From positions 6,076,001 through 6,140,000 of the forward strand of contig CM022674.1 in the NCBI GenBank assembly GCA_012295275.1: 64,000 nucleotides of DNA. Direction: 5' to 3'. The DNA comes from Chrysomallon squamiferum (taxonomy: Eukaryota; Animalia; Mollusca). Shown in pieces: positions 13,533-26,597 of the stretch. The translations under genes were made by a program, and so were the position numbers. Under the pieces are notes generated by a model. The model had not been told where the DNA came from. It did no database searches and saw only the letters and a program-made list of their open reading frames with translations. Every line of letters begins with the position of its first letter. Position 1 is the stretch's first letter.

Positions 13533-13946
13533 TGACAAAACCAGCTTACTTTGTTCAAATGACCACAATAAACGGTTGGACGTTGCCTTGCAAGCCTGAC
13601 AGTCTGGGGATTGACACACAGACCCTTGAACAATACACAAAGTATTGTTTACACAGTAATCCTGTGTAATGATAATAATAATAATTATAACAACAACAAC
13701 AACAACAACAGAAACCAACATCTATGATGATGATAATGACAATGGTAATAACAGTAATAATAGTAATAATAATGATGATGATGATGATAACAACAACACC
13801 AACAATGATGATGATGATTATAATGTTAGTCATAGTAATAATAATGACAATAATAAAATGATAATAATAATAATAATAATATAAATTATAATAACAACAA
13901 GAATTACAAAAACACTAACCCAGAAACAAGAATAATGATGGTGGTG

Positions 13947-14015
<69 letters not shown>

Positions 14016-15970
14016 TAATGATGATAATAATCACAACAACACTAACATCAACAACAGTGATGATGATAATGTTAGTAATAATAATAATAATAATAATAAT
14101 AATGATATAATGATAATGATGATGATAACAAGAACTACAGTAACACCACCATCACCACCACAATAATAATAATGATCATCATAATAACAATGATAATGAT
14201 GATGATGGTGATATCAGTGATAAAATCACACAGTGTCTAACCTTTTCTGAAAAAAAATGGAAATCGCTAAACACTGGTACACTTCCCCCAGGCATGTCTA
14301 CATAGCTTGCCCGCACTCCACAAGATATCTGAAAATACAGTTTTGACCTTTAGAAACTTTGTCACAATAAACATCTACAATATACCGTAATACAATACAA
14401 ACACACACAGACAAAAACAAAACTGCTATACATTTGTGCGGCACAAAACATTAATTGTACTATACAATAATGATATTGTGCCTCAATATAATGTTTGTAT
14501 TTTATTTTATTATATAATGTATTATTAATGGTAAAGTCAGATAATATATTTTTATTATATTTTGTTATATATTAGTGTTGGGACCTGAATGCATGTATAT
14601 GTTTCAGTATACTGTAATACTCATTGTATTATATTTTATGGTATAATATATTATTGTTGGTGTCTGTATTTATGTTTGTATATTCTGTTGTATAATGTGT
14701 CACTATTATATTTTATTGTATAAAGTAATACTTTTTGCTCTATTGTATACTACTGTATATCTATCTATCTGTCTGTCTGCCTGTCTGTTTTTCTATCTAT
14801 CTATCTGCCTGCATATATGTCTGCACCTCTATCTAGCTAGCTATATACTTAAATACAGTGGTACCTTGACTTACGAGTTTAATTCATTCCGTAACTGAGC
14901 TTGTAACTCAATTTGCTCATATGTCAAATCAATCTACCCAAATGAAATTAATTGAAATATCATTAATCCGTTCCAGCCCCGCAAAAACCAGCCCAATTTT
15001 TTGTAACATGATTTTAAATAAGAAAAAAAAAAAATATATATATATATATGACAAATATAAAGAAATAAATTGATTTTGTAAAGTGTACAGGGTTAGGGTT
15101 TCTCCATCTTTTCATAGACAGAGGTCTGCAGCTTAGAAATTATTTTAAAGCTTTTGGCTGGATTTATAGCCATTAACGACTTCTTCTGCATCAGTGTGGT
15201 ACATATTGTTAAAGTATTACGCTTGTACTGCCTAGCCATGTTGACTACGTGCACACCTTGCTCGTGTTTTTCTATGATTTCTTGTTTTAATTCACTGGAC
15301 ATCATCTGCTTCTTCTTCTTCTCAAGACTGTCCTTTGCACTCAGTTTCTTAGGATCCATGGAAATTTGGCAAAATATTGCACAAAATGCAAGCACAACAC
15401 AACAGAGATGCTTCAATGGCGAGGTAACCACATAAAGCAAACAAGTCAGATGAGGGATGCTGGGCAGATGTTGTGTTGTTCGTTGCGCCAAGTAGCAGCA
15501 GGGTGTCTGAAGCTTGCTTGTAACTCAGACTTCAGCTTGCAACTCAAAGCAAAAAATTGACTGCTCATAACTAGAAAAACGAGTAAGTTGGAGCATTCAT
15601 AACTCGAGGTACCACTGTATATATATATGTATTTTTTTCTCACATTAAATCTTGATCTATAAGTGTGTTTATCCAGGTCCAAAGTCGCGTCACTTTCCAT
15701 CACTGCATAAATACAGTCATCAATCAATGCAGTCTTGTTTAGCTTTCTATTTTCTTCCCGTTCTGACCATTTGTGTCTTTTTGAGTTGTAACAGAAGGTG
15801 TCGTTCATGACCCAGAAAACGGTGTAAAACACGTCTTTTTCATGTTTGTCAAAACGACAAAAACGTTCGCGCAAGTTTGTCCTTCTGACCAGGTACAATT
15901 TCGACATGTGGAGTTTTGTCATACAGAGGAACTTGGAAAAGGTGAAACAGTATGTATGTATATCTCTATA

Positions 15971-16006
<36 letters not shown>

Positions 16007-17773
16007 TGTATGTAAACACATGCAAAGTGACTGTTTTAAATCCACAAAAGTATCTATCAAAATGTATCCTCAGTGATTCAAAACACGCTATATTATTATT
16101 ATTATTATTATTATTATTTATATTTTTTTGACGTCTAATCTTATTAAGTAACAATAACAAAGTATTTTCTAAAAAGATTAGAATGCAGCCTTTTTGCTGC
16201 AGATAAGACTCAAATGTATGGCACCCATTCACTTGCACACTGAAGGCAGATGACATTACAGTTCAGCAATCAAGACAACATTAAAAACCCAACAAAGCTC
16301 ATTGTCATTTTGTATACATACTTTTTCAAACATATGTAGGTATGTAGAAAGATTTACATACATGTATAAATATATATATATATGTAGATACATACATTAA
16401 TTTGTATATACAAACATAAACACATACATTATTTAAAATATAAACTTACCATTTGCTTGAGGTTCTAATAATAAATAAAATAAAGAAAATTAAAATGAAA
16501 TAAAATAAATAAACAAAGAGAGAGAAAAAAAAACAAAGAAAGAAAGAAAGAAAAACAACAAAAAAAGATGGAAAGAAATAAAACGATAAGAAAACATTTA
16601 AACCAAAAACAACAGTAAACTAAAATAAATACAGGTAATTGTCAAATCAAATTAAACTACTATAATAAATTATCGTTACTATAACTGTAATTATAATAAT
16701 ATTTATTTATTTATTATTTTTATACAAGTAGATATAATATCTACTATTAATATTTCATTATAAAACAGTGGTAGCATTTACCCAGGCAGTAGGCTGCATC
16801 ACTTGGTGAATATGGGAGATCGTAGACAGTGACAGATTCGCACTTTTTGGCTTTCACAAAGAATTTTACAGTACAGTTATATCTGGCATTGACACACATT
16901 GTTAAGTTCAGAATTCCGTTGTCATTCTCGTGCACTGAAAGTATCAATATCTATCTCTTCATCTCTGTTTGTTTGAATATAAAATTATATAAAAAGGTTG
17001 CTCAGCAACTGAGGCCAACTGTCACTTCCCACTATGCAAGCTGTTCTTTGTCATTTTTGCATGGATCTGTTTATTTAAAATAATTTATTTTGTGGGGACC
17101 TGGCACTGGTAAGTATGTATTTTTGAATTTCAACATTCTCTGTTTTATGTATGTCTGATTAGACTCTGCACATACACAATATTAGGGAAGGGACTGGCAC
17201 AGGAAAACAAAGCCCAATCATGACCTGACAAACCCTGTCAAATACCGTTGATGTATGGATGTATGTATGGATGTAGGTAGGTATGTATTTATAAATAAAT
17301 ATTCTTTAATTTTATGTATGTTATTAGTTTGTCCAGATGCATACATACATACTTATCTATCGATCTATCTGTTTGTCTGTCTCTCTGTCTGTCTGTCTCT
17401 AAGGGTGTCTTTTTATTTATTCTCTAATCACTCAAGTCGGTTTTTGGAAGAAAACTACTTTTAATTTGGTAATATAGTTGTTACACACTCAAATGCATGC
17501 ACACACACACACACACACACATAAGTTATTTGTACAGATTGAATTGGTGTTTTCATTTAATAAGTAACTAAGAAATTGTTTTTAATTTAAGAACTATTTT
17601 GTTTTGATGTGCAGTTTTTGTAGGTGACAACAAAATCAATGCGCATGAATGTACTGTTCTCGAGGGCTGTGAATTGAGAAAAAAATCATTTATGTGTTTT
17701 TTAGGATCGCAGGATAAAAGAAATAACTAGTTATTGTCTGAAGATACACACAGAAACGTACACACACAGACAT

Positions 17774-17813
<40 letters not shown>

Positions 17814-18292
17814 TTATTGTACTTGCCTTCCTTTGTCCATATAGGGTATGTTGCACCACAAGCATGATGCGGTGGTAGGACTTTGGTGATGTTTAGGACA
17901 CTTCCATACCAGCCTGGTCTCAGAAAACGGTCTGAAAGAGCATATGTAGGTACCTTGGAAGAAATAATGTAATTTCTATCTCTTCTGTCCTCACTGGGAA
18001 ATCTCGAGTAATTAGTGCATGGATCACCTGGGAGAAAAAAAAAGTTTTATTATTTTTTTTTTTTTATTTGTCGGAGTCCTTTTTTTTTTTTTTTTTTTTT
18101 TTGTTTACTTGCTTATTTATGTTTATTCATTCATTTATTCTATTTAAAATTTTGTTAAACGTTTAACGTATAATATAGTATTTGTTTAAAATAAAATTAA
18201 CAGATAATTTGTTGTAGCATGGACCAACGTGATACCATCCCGTGTCTTACTAGTTGTTTTTTTTTCCAGATGTTATTACGACGTCGCCAGCC

Positions 18293-18358
<66 letters not shown>

Positions 18359-18986
18359 AAATAAAATAAAAAAAAATAAAAAATAAAAAACAGAAAAAAA
18401 ATAAATAATAAAAATAAATCAATAAAAATATTAAATAAATAAAATAAATAAAAAATAAAAAATGATAATAAAATATGAAGATGATTATTCTCATTAGGTA
18501 CCATAATGTGGACACGTTACTCTGCTAAAACTCCTTAGCGGACAGTTCTGAGTACGAAGCTGTACAACCATTATAATTCTTCTTTTTTAAAATAATATTT
18601 ATTTCCATTTTCAATGCATTAGAGGTGGTACTTTCATGTAAAAAGCAAACTGATCATATTATTTGGATGATTGCCTTCATATATCCATTATAATGACTGA
18701 TTCCAGTTAAATAACAGAAAAAAAAAAAAAAAAAAAAAAAAAAATCAACTTCTAAGTTCTAAAACACGTACAATTATCATTATGTTTGCAAAAACAGAAA
18801 CAATTTTTTGTTTCCTATTTTTATTTTTAACAAATCATCGGTCCATGCTATTGTAAGTGTATCTCTCGTGTTGCTAATTCACAATAATATTTATATTAAA
18901 ATGTTTAGTAAATAAAATAAATATATAAAAAGCACATTACCTCTAATGGAGATGAAGCTAACGAAAATAATGAAAACAACGTTCAT
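11774..18986 (-). CDS. VWDE/uromodulin D8C-like surface protein, copy A; 10 exons, ~392 aa if a 1-nt frameshift in exon 5 is corrected (otherwise a pseudogene)
   Basis: Exons (minus) 18986-18941, 18027-17827 (GC donor), 16934-16782, 16464-16450, 15931-15644, 14328-14242, 13661-13550, 13091-13054, 12601-12490, 11901-11774. Signal peptide MNVVFIIFVSFISIRG; D8C-like DPC.NY...SDRFLRPGWY...CGATYPIW...MCV...C....VKAKKC.SVTVYDL....AAYC; VWDE-like FYTVFW...ISCGVRASY; two DYC.....C.V.G..C.SP.C..C.....L.W modules; hydrophobic C-terminal tail. Exon 5 is 288 nt versus 287 nt in copy B. Confidence 0.8.
14856..15617 (-). mobile_element. Internally deleted Tigger/pogo (Tc1-mariner superfamily) DNA transposon
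   Basis: TIRs CAGTGGTACCT...AGGTACCACTG flanked by TA on both sides; ORF 15093-15491 encodes MDPKKLSAKDS..KKKQMMSSELKQEIIEKHEQGVHVVNMARQY..NTLTICT, typical of the CENP-B/psq HTH N-terminus of Tigger transposases; absent from the matching intron of copy B. Confidence 0.88.
16205..16277 (-). mobile_element. SINE head fragment (same family as 27570-27749)
   Basis: AAGACTCAAATGTATGGCACCCATTCACTTGCACACTGAAGGCAGATGACATTACAGTTCAGCAATCAAGACA aligns with 27677-27749. Confidence 0.55.
17125..17245 (-). mobile_element. SINE body fragment, counterpart of the copy at 27570 in the duplicate
   Basis: GGCACAGGAAAACAAAGCCCAATCATGACCTGACAAACCC matches the family core; same intron position as in copy B. Confidence 0.55.
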
Positions 18987-19310
18987 GGCGAAAATAAAAT
19001 TATTATTCTAAAGTGAAACCGGCGAACATTTAGGGCGAACATTTGCAGTGAACCTGTAGTACCGTTACGTTTAAAGAATTATCGGTTGGTTAACGAAACA
19101 AGTTGCCATAGGAGATAACTCTAAAACGAAGTTCTTGCTTTTATTTTCTCTTTTCAATTCCAACATTAATGTGTAATAATCAGTAGTCATATCAATGTGT
19201 TAATTAATAACCAACAATTAAGTTCTGGCCTCCATTTGTGTTGTTAAATAATATTAGCAGTTTGTAATAAAAGTAAATAAAGTCCAGTTCTGTAATAAAA
19301 ACAAGTAAGG

Positions 19311-19358
<48 letters not shown>

Positions 19359-19464
19359 AAAAAAAAAAAAAAAATGAAGAAAAAGGAACCATTCTGTAAT
19401 AAAATTTGACATCCAATTAGTGATGTGTAGTAACATATGTTAAAGTATGAAAACAAACATGGTA

Positions 19465-19699
19465 TTTGATATACTGGAATGGAGTTTAGATCATCTGATG
19501 AACTTGGTTTCCACGATCAAACCTCCTCAGTGGACCTGATTACCAATGTTATACAAGAAAGTAAAGTTCTCTTACATACAAACCCTTCAAAATCGTGCAG
19601 CCAATAATTTAGAATTTATGTTATGTGATTGAACTGTAATCAGGTCCATCAGTGAAGTTTCAATGTGTGAACCAAACAGAACAAGCAAGGTATATCAAA
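19465..19699. mobile_element. Imperfect inverted repeat, MITE-like
   Basis: 19504-19543 (TTGGTTTCCACGATCAAACCTCCTCAGTGGACCTGATTAC) pairs with the reverse complement of 19636-19675; outer TTTGATATAC (19465) pairs with GTATATCAAA (19690). Confidence 0.45.
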
Positions 19700-20367
19700 A
19701 TTAGTCTGTTTGCCCATGCGCAGTGCACACCTTAATATATTGATTCAGAATGGATTTGTCTTTGTTAACAGAGTTCTGCTGTCATATCCCTTTAATAACC
19801 AGTCTTAAAAACGAACGACTCGCATCTGAAAATCAGACAAATTTGATCATCATCGAAGAAGTAAATATATCTGATACTCTGGACGTACCCCCCCCAAAAA
19901 AAAAAACACCCTATCAATCGTAATTAATATTCAAAATAGAATGAACAGATATTATAAATTTGATTTTCCTGCAAAGTAGCTACTGAGCTAGCGAATAATA
20001 TGTCCAACGCGGAAAAATATATAACAGACACCATATTTCTTAAATAAACTGCATTATATATCTGAAATTAGTATTCTTGTTCCACTTCCGAAACACATGT
20101 GCTTTGTTTTATAATAAAAGTGAATATGTTTTACATCTTAGAAGTTTAAACTCTTATTGAAACTATTGTTTGAAAGAACTGACGTGCGATAAACTGTTTG
20201 CTGGAGTTCTCGTTCGCGGATTTCACTAGAGGCTGCTATTGTTCGTTGTCTTTATTTCAGTAAGCGTTTTAAAACGAGACATTTCATCGTGACGATGAAT
20301 CACATAATGTATTATGGCACGTCTAGACATATTTATTGTCTGAATATCTGCCCGTAACTAGGAGACC

Positions 20368-20455
<88 letters not shown>

Positions 20456-20684
20456 AATAATTAGATTAATATTTTCATTAATAAGGCCTATTTATTTATT
20501 TATAGATTAACAAACACTTACAAGATATCTGTTACACTATTCGTTGACTAGAATATATGTTTCTCTCTGTTATATTTAAATATTATTTTTATTGTTATTG
20601 CTACTGCTGCTGAATAATATATTTGTAAAATAAAATGTTTTCAGTAGGTAAATTAATTTCCTATTCAATTTTTAATTTTCTTAA

Positions 20685-20724
<40 letters not shown>

Positions 20725-21299
20725 TCTTAAAACTTCGCAGTTCGTGTGAATTTACATGACTTTCCAACAGAAAACACGATTAACCAAAACAAAACACATA
20801 CTTCTCATAAGTACTGCATGGAACAGCTTGAGACAATAAAACTCAAACGTAATTATTTTCGAAAATCTCTTTATTTTCTTCAAATATATACGCAAGAAAA
20901 AGTGGATGGTTATATATACTATAAGTATACTGTGAAGAAATTAAAAACTCACACAGTCATTAACACAAAAAAATAAAAATAATTAAAAATTAAAATAAAT
21001 AAATAAATGAAGATGACGTCAACGAAGCTTGAAATGGACTAAACATTGTTGCTGTTGTAGTTATTATTGTTGCTACTGTTACTGTTGTTGTTTTTCTTCC
21101 TATTTAGCTGTTTGTTATTGTTGTTCTTATTAATGATATAATTATTTTATTTTAATGTTTTCTTTCTTTAATGTTATTTGCATTATCACCTCTACAACTG
21201 CTCTACATTTGCTGTACAACAACATCTGTTGCCAATATTATTATTATTATTATTTATTATTATCATCATCATCATCATTCTTATTAGTATTATTTCTAG

Positions 21300-21626
21300 G
21301 TACTCTAACGGCCTATGTTCTAGTTGCTGTTATATTCCAAAAACAGCCTGTTCAATCTTTTCAGACAGTGAAAATGGATGTTGCTAGGTTACGGTGCTAT
21401 AAGATGCTCGACCATTTCAGAGACACCCGAATTCTGCTGTTCACGTTGTTGTTGTGTGAGGCAGTGATCAGTGTTGTTTTGGCTAAATTCTTCAACGAGT
21501 TGGTCGCCGACGTCGCTGTTGCTGTGTTCACCGCAGTTGTATCTGTTTTATTTATCATCTGTTTTTGTTTGCTGCTGCAGGTGTACACAGACAGGGTGAG
21601 TCTTTATTTTGTGGATGTCATCGTTG

Positions 21627-21658
<32 letters not shown>

Positions 21659-21774
21659 TTTATCATAATCATGGTAATCCTTATCATCAGTGTCCCATCA
21701 TCATCATCATCACCGACCTCCTCCTCATGAATGTCATAAGAAGAAATTATTATTATTATTATTATTAAAATGAT

Positions 21775-21809
<35 letters not shown>

Positions 21810-22001
21810 CCATCACTGTTATCATTAACAAACAATCTCAAAATAATCACAAAATAAAGAATCTCAGGGTTGTGGCTGTTGTATATTTTCACATTGTTTG
21901 GATTCGCCATTTGTTCCACTCCTGCCTGTAGGAGTAACGTTTTTTTTTTTTATATTTATTTATTTAATGGCGTGCCTCAGTGTCGCCACCTGGTGTGCGT
22001 T
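21300..22001 (+). pseudogene. Pseudo-exons 6 and 7 of the SLC7A14-like gene
   Basis: 21300-21595 is exon 6 with ~180 nt of internal deletions (GTLTAYVLVAV...[24 protein letters not shown]...). 21901-22001 is exon 7 ([28 protein letters not shown]) lacking its acceptor and cut at the 3' end. Exons 1-5 and 8 are absent. Confidence 0.9.
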
Positions 22002-22636
22002 AAACAAACCCAGGAGAAATGTAAGTAACAGTAAACGGTACACACACAGACATTACCAGGACAGACATGTGGATGAGGTTTGGCTGCACATTGCTTATTG
22101 AAACAGTAAACTTGTCGCTGAAACTGTTACTGTCAGTGTTAATCGTACAGTTCTCGGTATCTGAAAAAAATAAATAAATAAATAAATAAAAGAATAAGGA
22201 AATGAATGAATGAATGAAAGAACAATGAAAGAACGGACAAACAAACATCAAAGAATAAAAATATTAATAAATAAACACAAATAAATAACTGAGATAAATA
22301 AATGGATAGTACAAGGATAAATAAATAAATAAATGAACGAACGAACAAACAACTAAAAAGATAAATATATATAAAAAAGATAATTAAAACTGAATATATG
22401 ATGTTTGTTTCTTGAATTAAAGTTTAAACATTTATTTTTAATTTTATATATATAAATATATTAAATAAAGTCAAAGTGTCTGTTGCCGGGGAATGTTTGC
22501 TTGGTTGTTCTGTGAATTATATTCTTTACATGAACATATTTATGCAAAATAATATACATATACATACACACACGTATATATATATATATCTATATTGTTT
22601 TACAATCTTCTGTATATATTAATTATTATATATACA

Positions 22637-22671
<35 letters not shown>

Positions 22672-24807
22672 TGTGAGATCGTTTTCATTGCTCTGAAAGT
22701 AAAATATCGCCACGCAGTATGATAATGAATATTTATGAGAATGTGCGCTGTTAATAATAATTATTTTTTATATTGTGCGGATCGAAGGACGACGATAATA
22801 TTTTAAAAAAGTTGTTTGTGTATCTAGAATAACATAATTATTATGCAGGTGCACGTTCATAAATATGTAGCGATCGTTGAAATTCATGCGCAATAGTTCA
22901 GCCGCGCAGAGTAGCCTTGATTACACAAGCATCGTGAGTAGCAGGTAATTTCATAGGAACTGGATTGCGTCCCTTTGTAAATATGACAGTCGTCGTTTCG
23001 TATTACATCTATTTTGTTCAGGGACAAAACATGTGAACTGCTGACAGCAAAAGTGAAAAACAACGACATGACAGCCAGTCTAAATAAACGGGTGGTGGAT
23101 AATGTTGCCGTTGCTGACGTATGGCGGGCGAACTCGTCGTAAGCTGTACGTAATGGCGGGGTCGCCATCTTTTACAGTGTGTAGCGAGACTTCTGTGCGC
23201 ACACACACACACACACACACGCACGCACGCACGCACGCACGCACACACACCTACCTATAAAGTAACATATTAACGAACTACTTACTTCTATATCGATTCC
23301 ACAGTAATCCTCTTGATGTATGTTCACAACGCAAACAGTAAGGTGATGGGCATATAGCACCAAATACATAGCAGTCAAAATCTTCTAAACAGTAGTCCTA
23401 CAAGACAGTGGTAATAGCAGTAGCAGTAGTAGTATTAATAATAATAATAGCAGTAGTAGTATTAATAATAATGATGATGGTGATAATAATAATACTAATA
23501 ATAGTGATGATGATGATTATAATGATAATAATTATGATAATAATGATCAAAATGATGATAATGATAATTACAGTTACAATAATGATAATGACAGTGATGA
23601 TAATAATACTGATAATGATGATGATGATGATGATGATGATGATAACAATAATAAAATAATTACTAAACTAAAAAAAACAGTCAGTAGTGTTTCATTAAAT
23701 TAGGAATTGACAAAACCTTGAAAAAAAAGAAGATTTCCCTTGTTATTAAACGTTTCTAAATGAAAATGTCATAGAGACAAACAGAATAGTAACAGACATA
23801 CGGATCAGGTTTAGCTTACTTTGTAATTTGGCGGATCTGGACCACACCCAGGAACAGCTGAAAAAATAAATGATAGAAACAAAAATAAATGAGCAACAAG
23901 TAAAAAACCAAAAAAAAACAACCCCAAAAAACAAACAACAAAAACATACCCCAAAAAACAAATAATTAAATATACAAATGAATAAATAAACAAATAAACA
24001 AATGAACGAATGAAGCAAATACATAAATAAATCAATAAATAATGAATAAATAGACAAACAAGTGAACGAATGAACCAACAAACAGTCAAAGAAATAAACC
24101 AATAAAGAAATAAACATGAAAGAATTGACGAATGACAAATCTACTCATAAATAAATTAGTAAATAACAACCACAACAACAAGAAGTAATATTTTCGTTTT
24201 GAAAAAATTAAAATAAAAATTAAAATTGAAGTACCCTTATAAAATATTCAGCTGTTTGAATAATTTGAATAATTTATAACAGTTTTATTTTAAACATAAT
24301 GCATTTATTTTATATTTGAACTACTAATAGACAGAACAAATACATAAACTATCGATCAGTCATCATTACTGCCCTTCTAATTTTTCTGTTTATTTATTTA
24401 TTTAATTATTTATTATTTTGGAGGTTGAAAATATAAATATAAAAATATAATAATATAGTAATAAAATAATAATAATAATAACAATAATTAATTATTATTT
24501 TGTTATTATTATTATTATTATTATTTGACAAAACCAGCTTACTTAGTTCAAATGACCACAATAAACCGTTGGGCGTTGCCTTGCAAGCCTGACAGTCTGG
24601 GGATTGACACACGGACCCTTGAACAATACACAAAGTATTGTTTACACAGTAATCCTGTGCAGTGATAATAGTAATAATTATAACAACAACAACAACAACA
24701 ACAGAAAACAACAACTATGATGATGATGATGATGATAATAATGATGATGATGATAATGTTAGTAATAGTAATAATAATAACAATGATAATGATAATGATG
24801 ATGATGA

Positions 24808-24839
<32 letters not shown>

Positions 24840-25023
24840 ATAATAATAATAATAATAACAACAAGAATAATAATAATAACAACAAGAACTACGAAAAAAA
24901 ACCCAGTAATGAAGATGAAGGTGATGATGATGATGACGATTGTAATAATAATAATAATAATAATAATCATAATATAATGATGAAGATAATAATAACACCA
25001 CTAACACCATCAGCAGTGATACT

Positions 25024-25065
<42 letters not shown>

Positions 25066-25155
25066 GATATAAGGATGATGGTGATAACAAGAACTACAGT
25101 AACACCACAATCACCATCAATAACGATGATCATAATAATAATGATATAATGATGA

Positions 25156-25254
<99 letters not shown>

Positions 25255-26560
25255 GTAATTCATTGCTGCTTGAGAAGGGCCCCCATAACAGTTCAAGCTT
25301 CAGAGCCCCAAACATATAGTCCACCACAGATAACACTCACCCTTGTTAAAGTAAAATCTGTGACAAAATCACACAGTGTCTAACCTTTTCCAAAAAAAGA
25401 TGAAAATCACTAAACACTGGTACACTCCCCCCTGGCATGTCTACATAGCTTGTCCGCACTCCACAAGATACCTGAAAATACAGTTTTGACCTTTAGAAAC
25501 TTTGTCACAATAAACATTTACACGTATACCGTAATACAGAACAGACACGCATTATACAATAATGATACTGTGCCTCAGTGCATAGTTGTATTATATTTAA
25601 TTATATAATGTATTATTGATGATGTATACTTGTATTATATTTTTAATATATAAATGTGTTATTGATGATTTCCGAACATACATTTTTATTATATTTTATT
25701 ATATAATATATTAATGTTGAGATCTAAATGTATGTATATTTTGCTCTATAATGTAATACTCATTGAATTATATTTTATTGCATAAAGTAGCATTGTTTGT
25801 CTGATTATGTGTTTGTATTATATTTTATTGCCTAATATATTATTTTTGGTGTCTGTATTTATGTTTGTATATTCTATTGTATAAAGTGTCGCTGACTATA
25901 TTATATTTTATTGTATAAAGTAACACTGTTAGTGTTGCTGTATTGTATATTATTAAATATCTGTCTCCCTGCATCTATCTGTATATCAGTCTATCTATTT
26001 TTCTCTGTATTTATCTACCTGGCTGTCTTGATTGTCTATTTTTCTATCTATCAATCTATATGTATGCATGGATATATAAATACTTTTTTTTTTTTCTCAC
26101 ATTAAATCTTGATCTGTAAGTGTGTTTATCCAGATCCAAAGTTGCGTCATTTTCCGTCACTGCATAAATACAGTCATCAATCAACGTGGCCTTGTTTAGC
26201 TTTCTATTTTCTTCCCGTTCTGACCACTTGTGTCTTTTTGAGTTGTAACAGATGGTTTTGTTCACGACCCAGAAAACGGTGTAAAACACGTCTTTTTCGT
26301 GTTTGTCAAAACCGCACGAGAGGTTTGCGAGTTTGTCCTTCTGACCAGGAACAATTTCGACACGTGGAGTTTTGTCATACAGAGGAACTTGGAAAAGGAG
26401 AAACAGTAAAAAGTGTATGTATGTATGTTTGTATGTATGTATGTGTGTGTGTGTGTGTGTGTGTCTGTGTGTGTGTCTGTGTGTAAACACATGCAAAGTG
26501 ACTGTTTTAAATCCACAAACGTATCTATCAAAATGTATCCTCACAGATTCGAAAAAGCTA

Positions 26561-26597
<37 letters not shown>

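Larger units (their letters stand above)
9150..19195. repeat. Segmental duplication, copy A (3' end of SLC7A14-like gene plus entire VWDE-like gene)
   Basis: Exons, introns and upstream DNA align colinearly with 21045-30075; for example 19141-19193 matches 30022-30075 and 9390-9867 matches 21300-21595. The left boundary is approximate. Confidence 0.9.
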
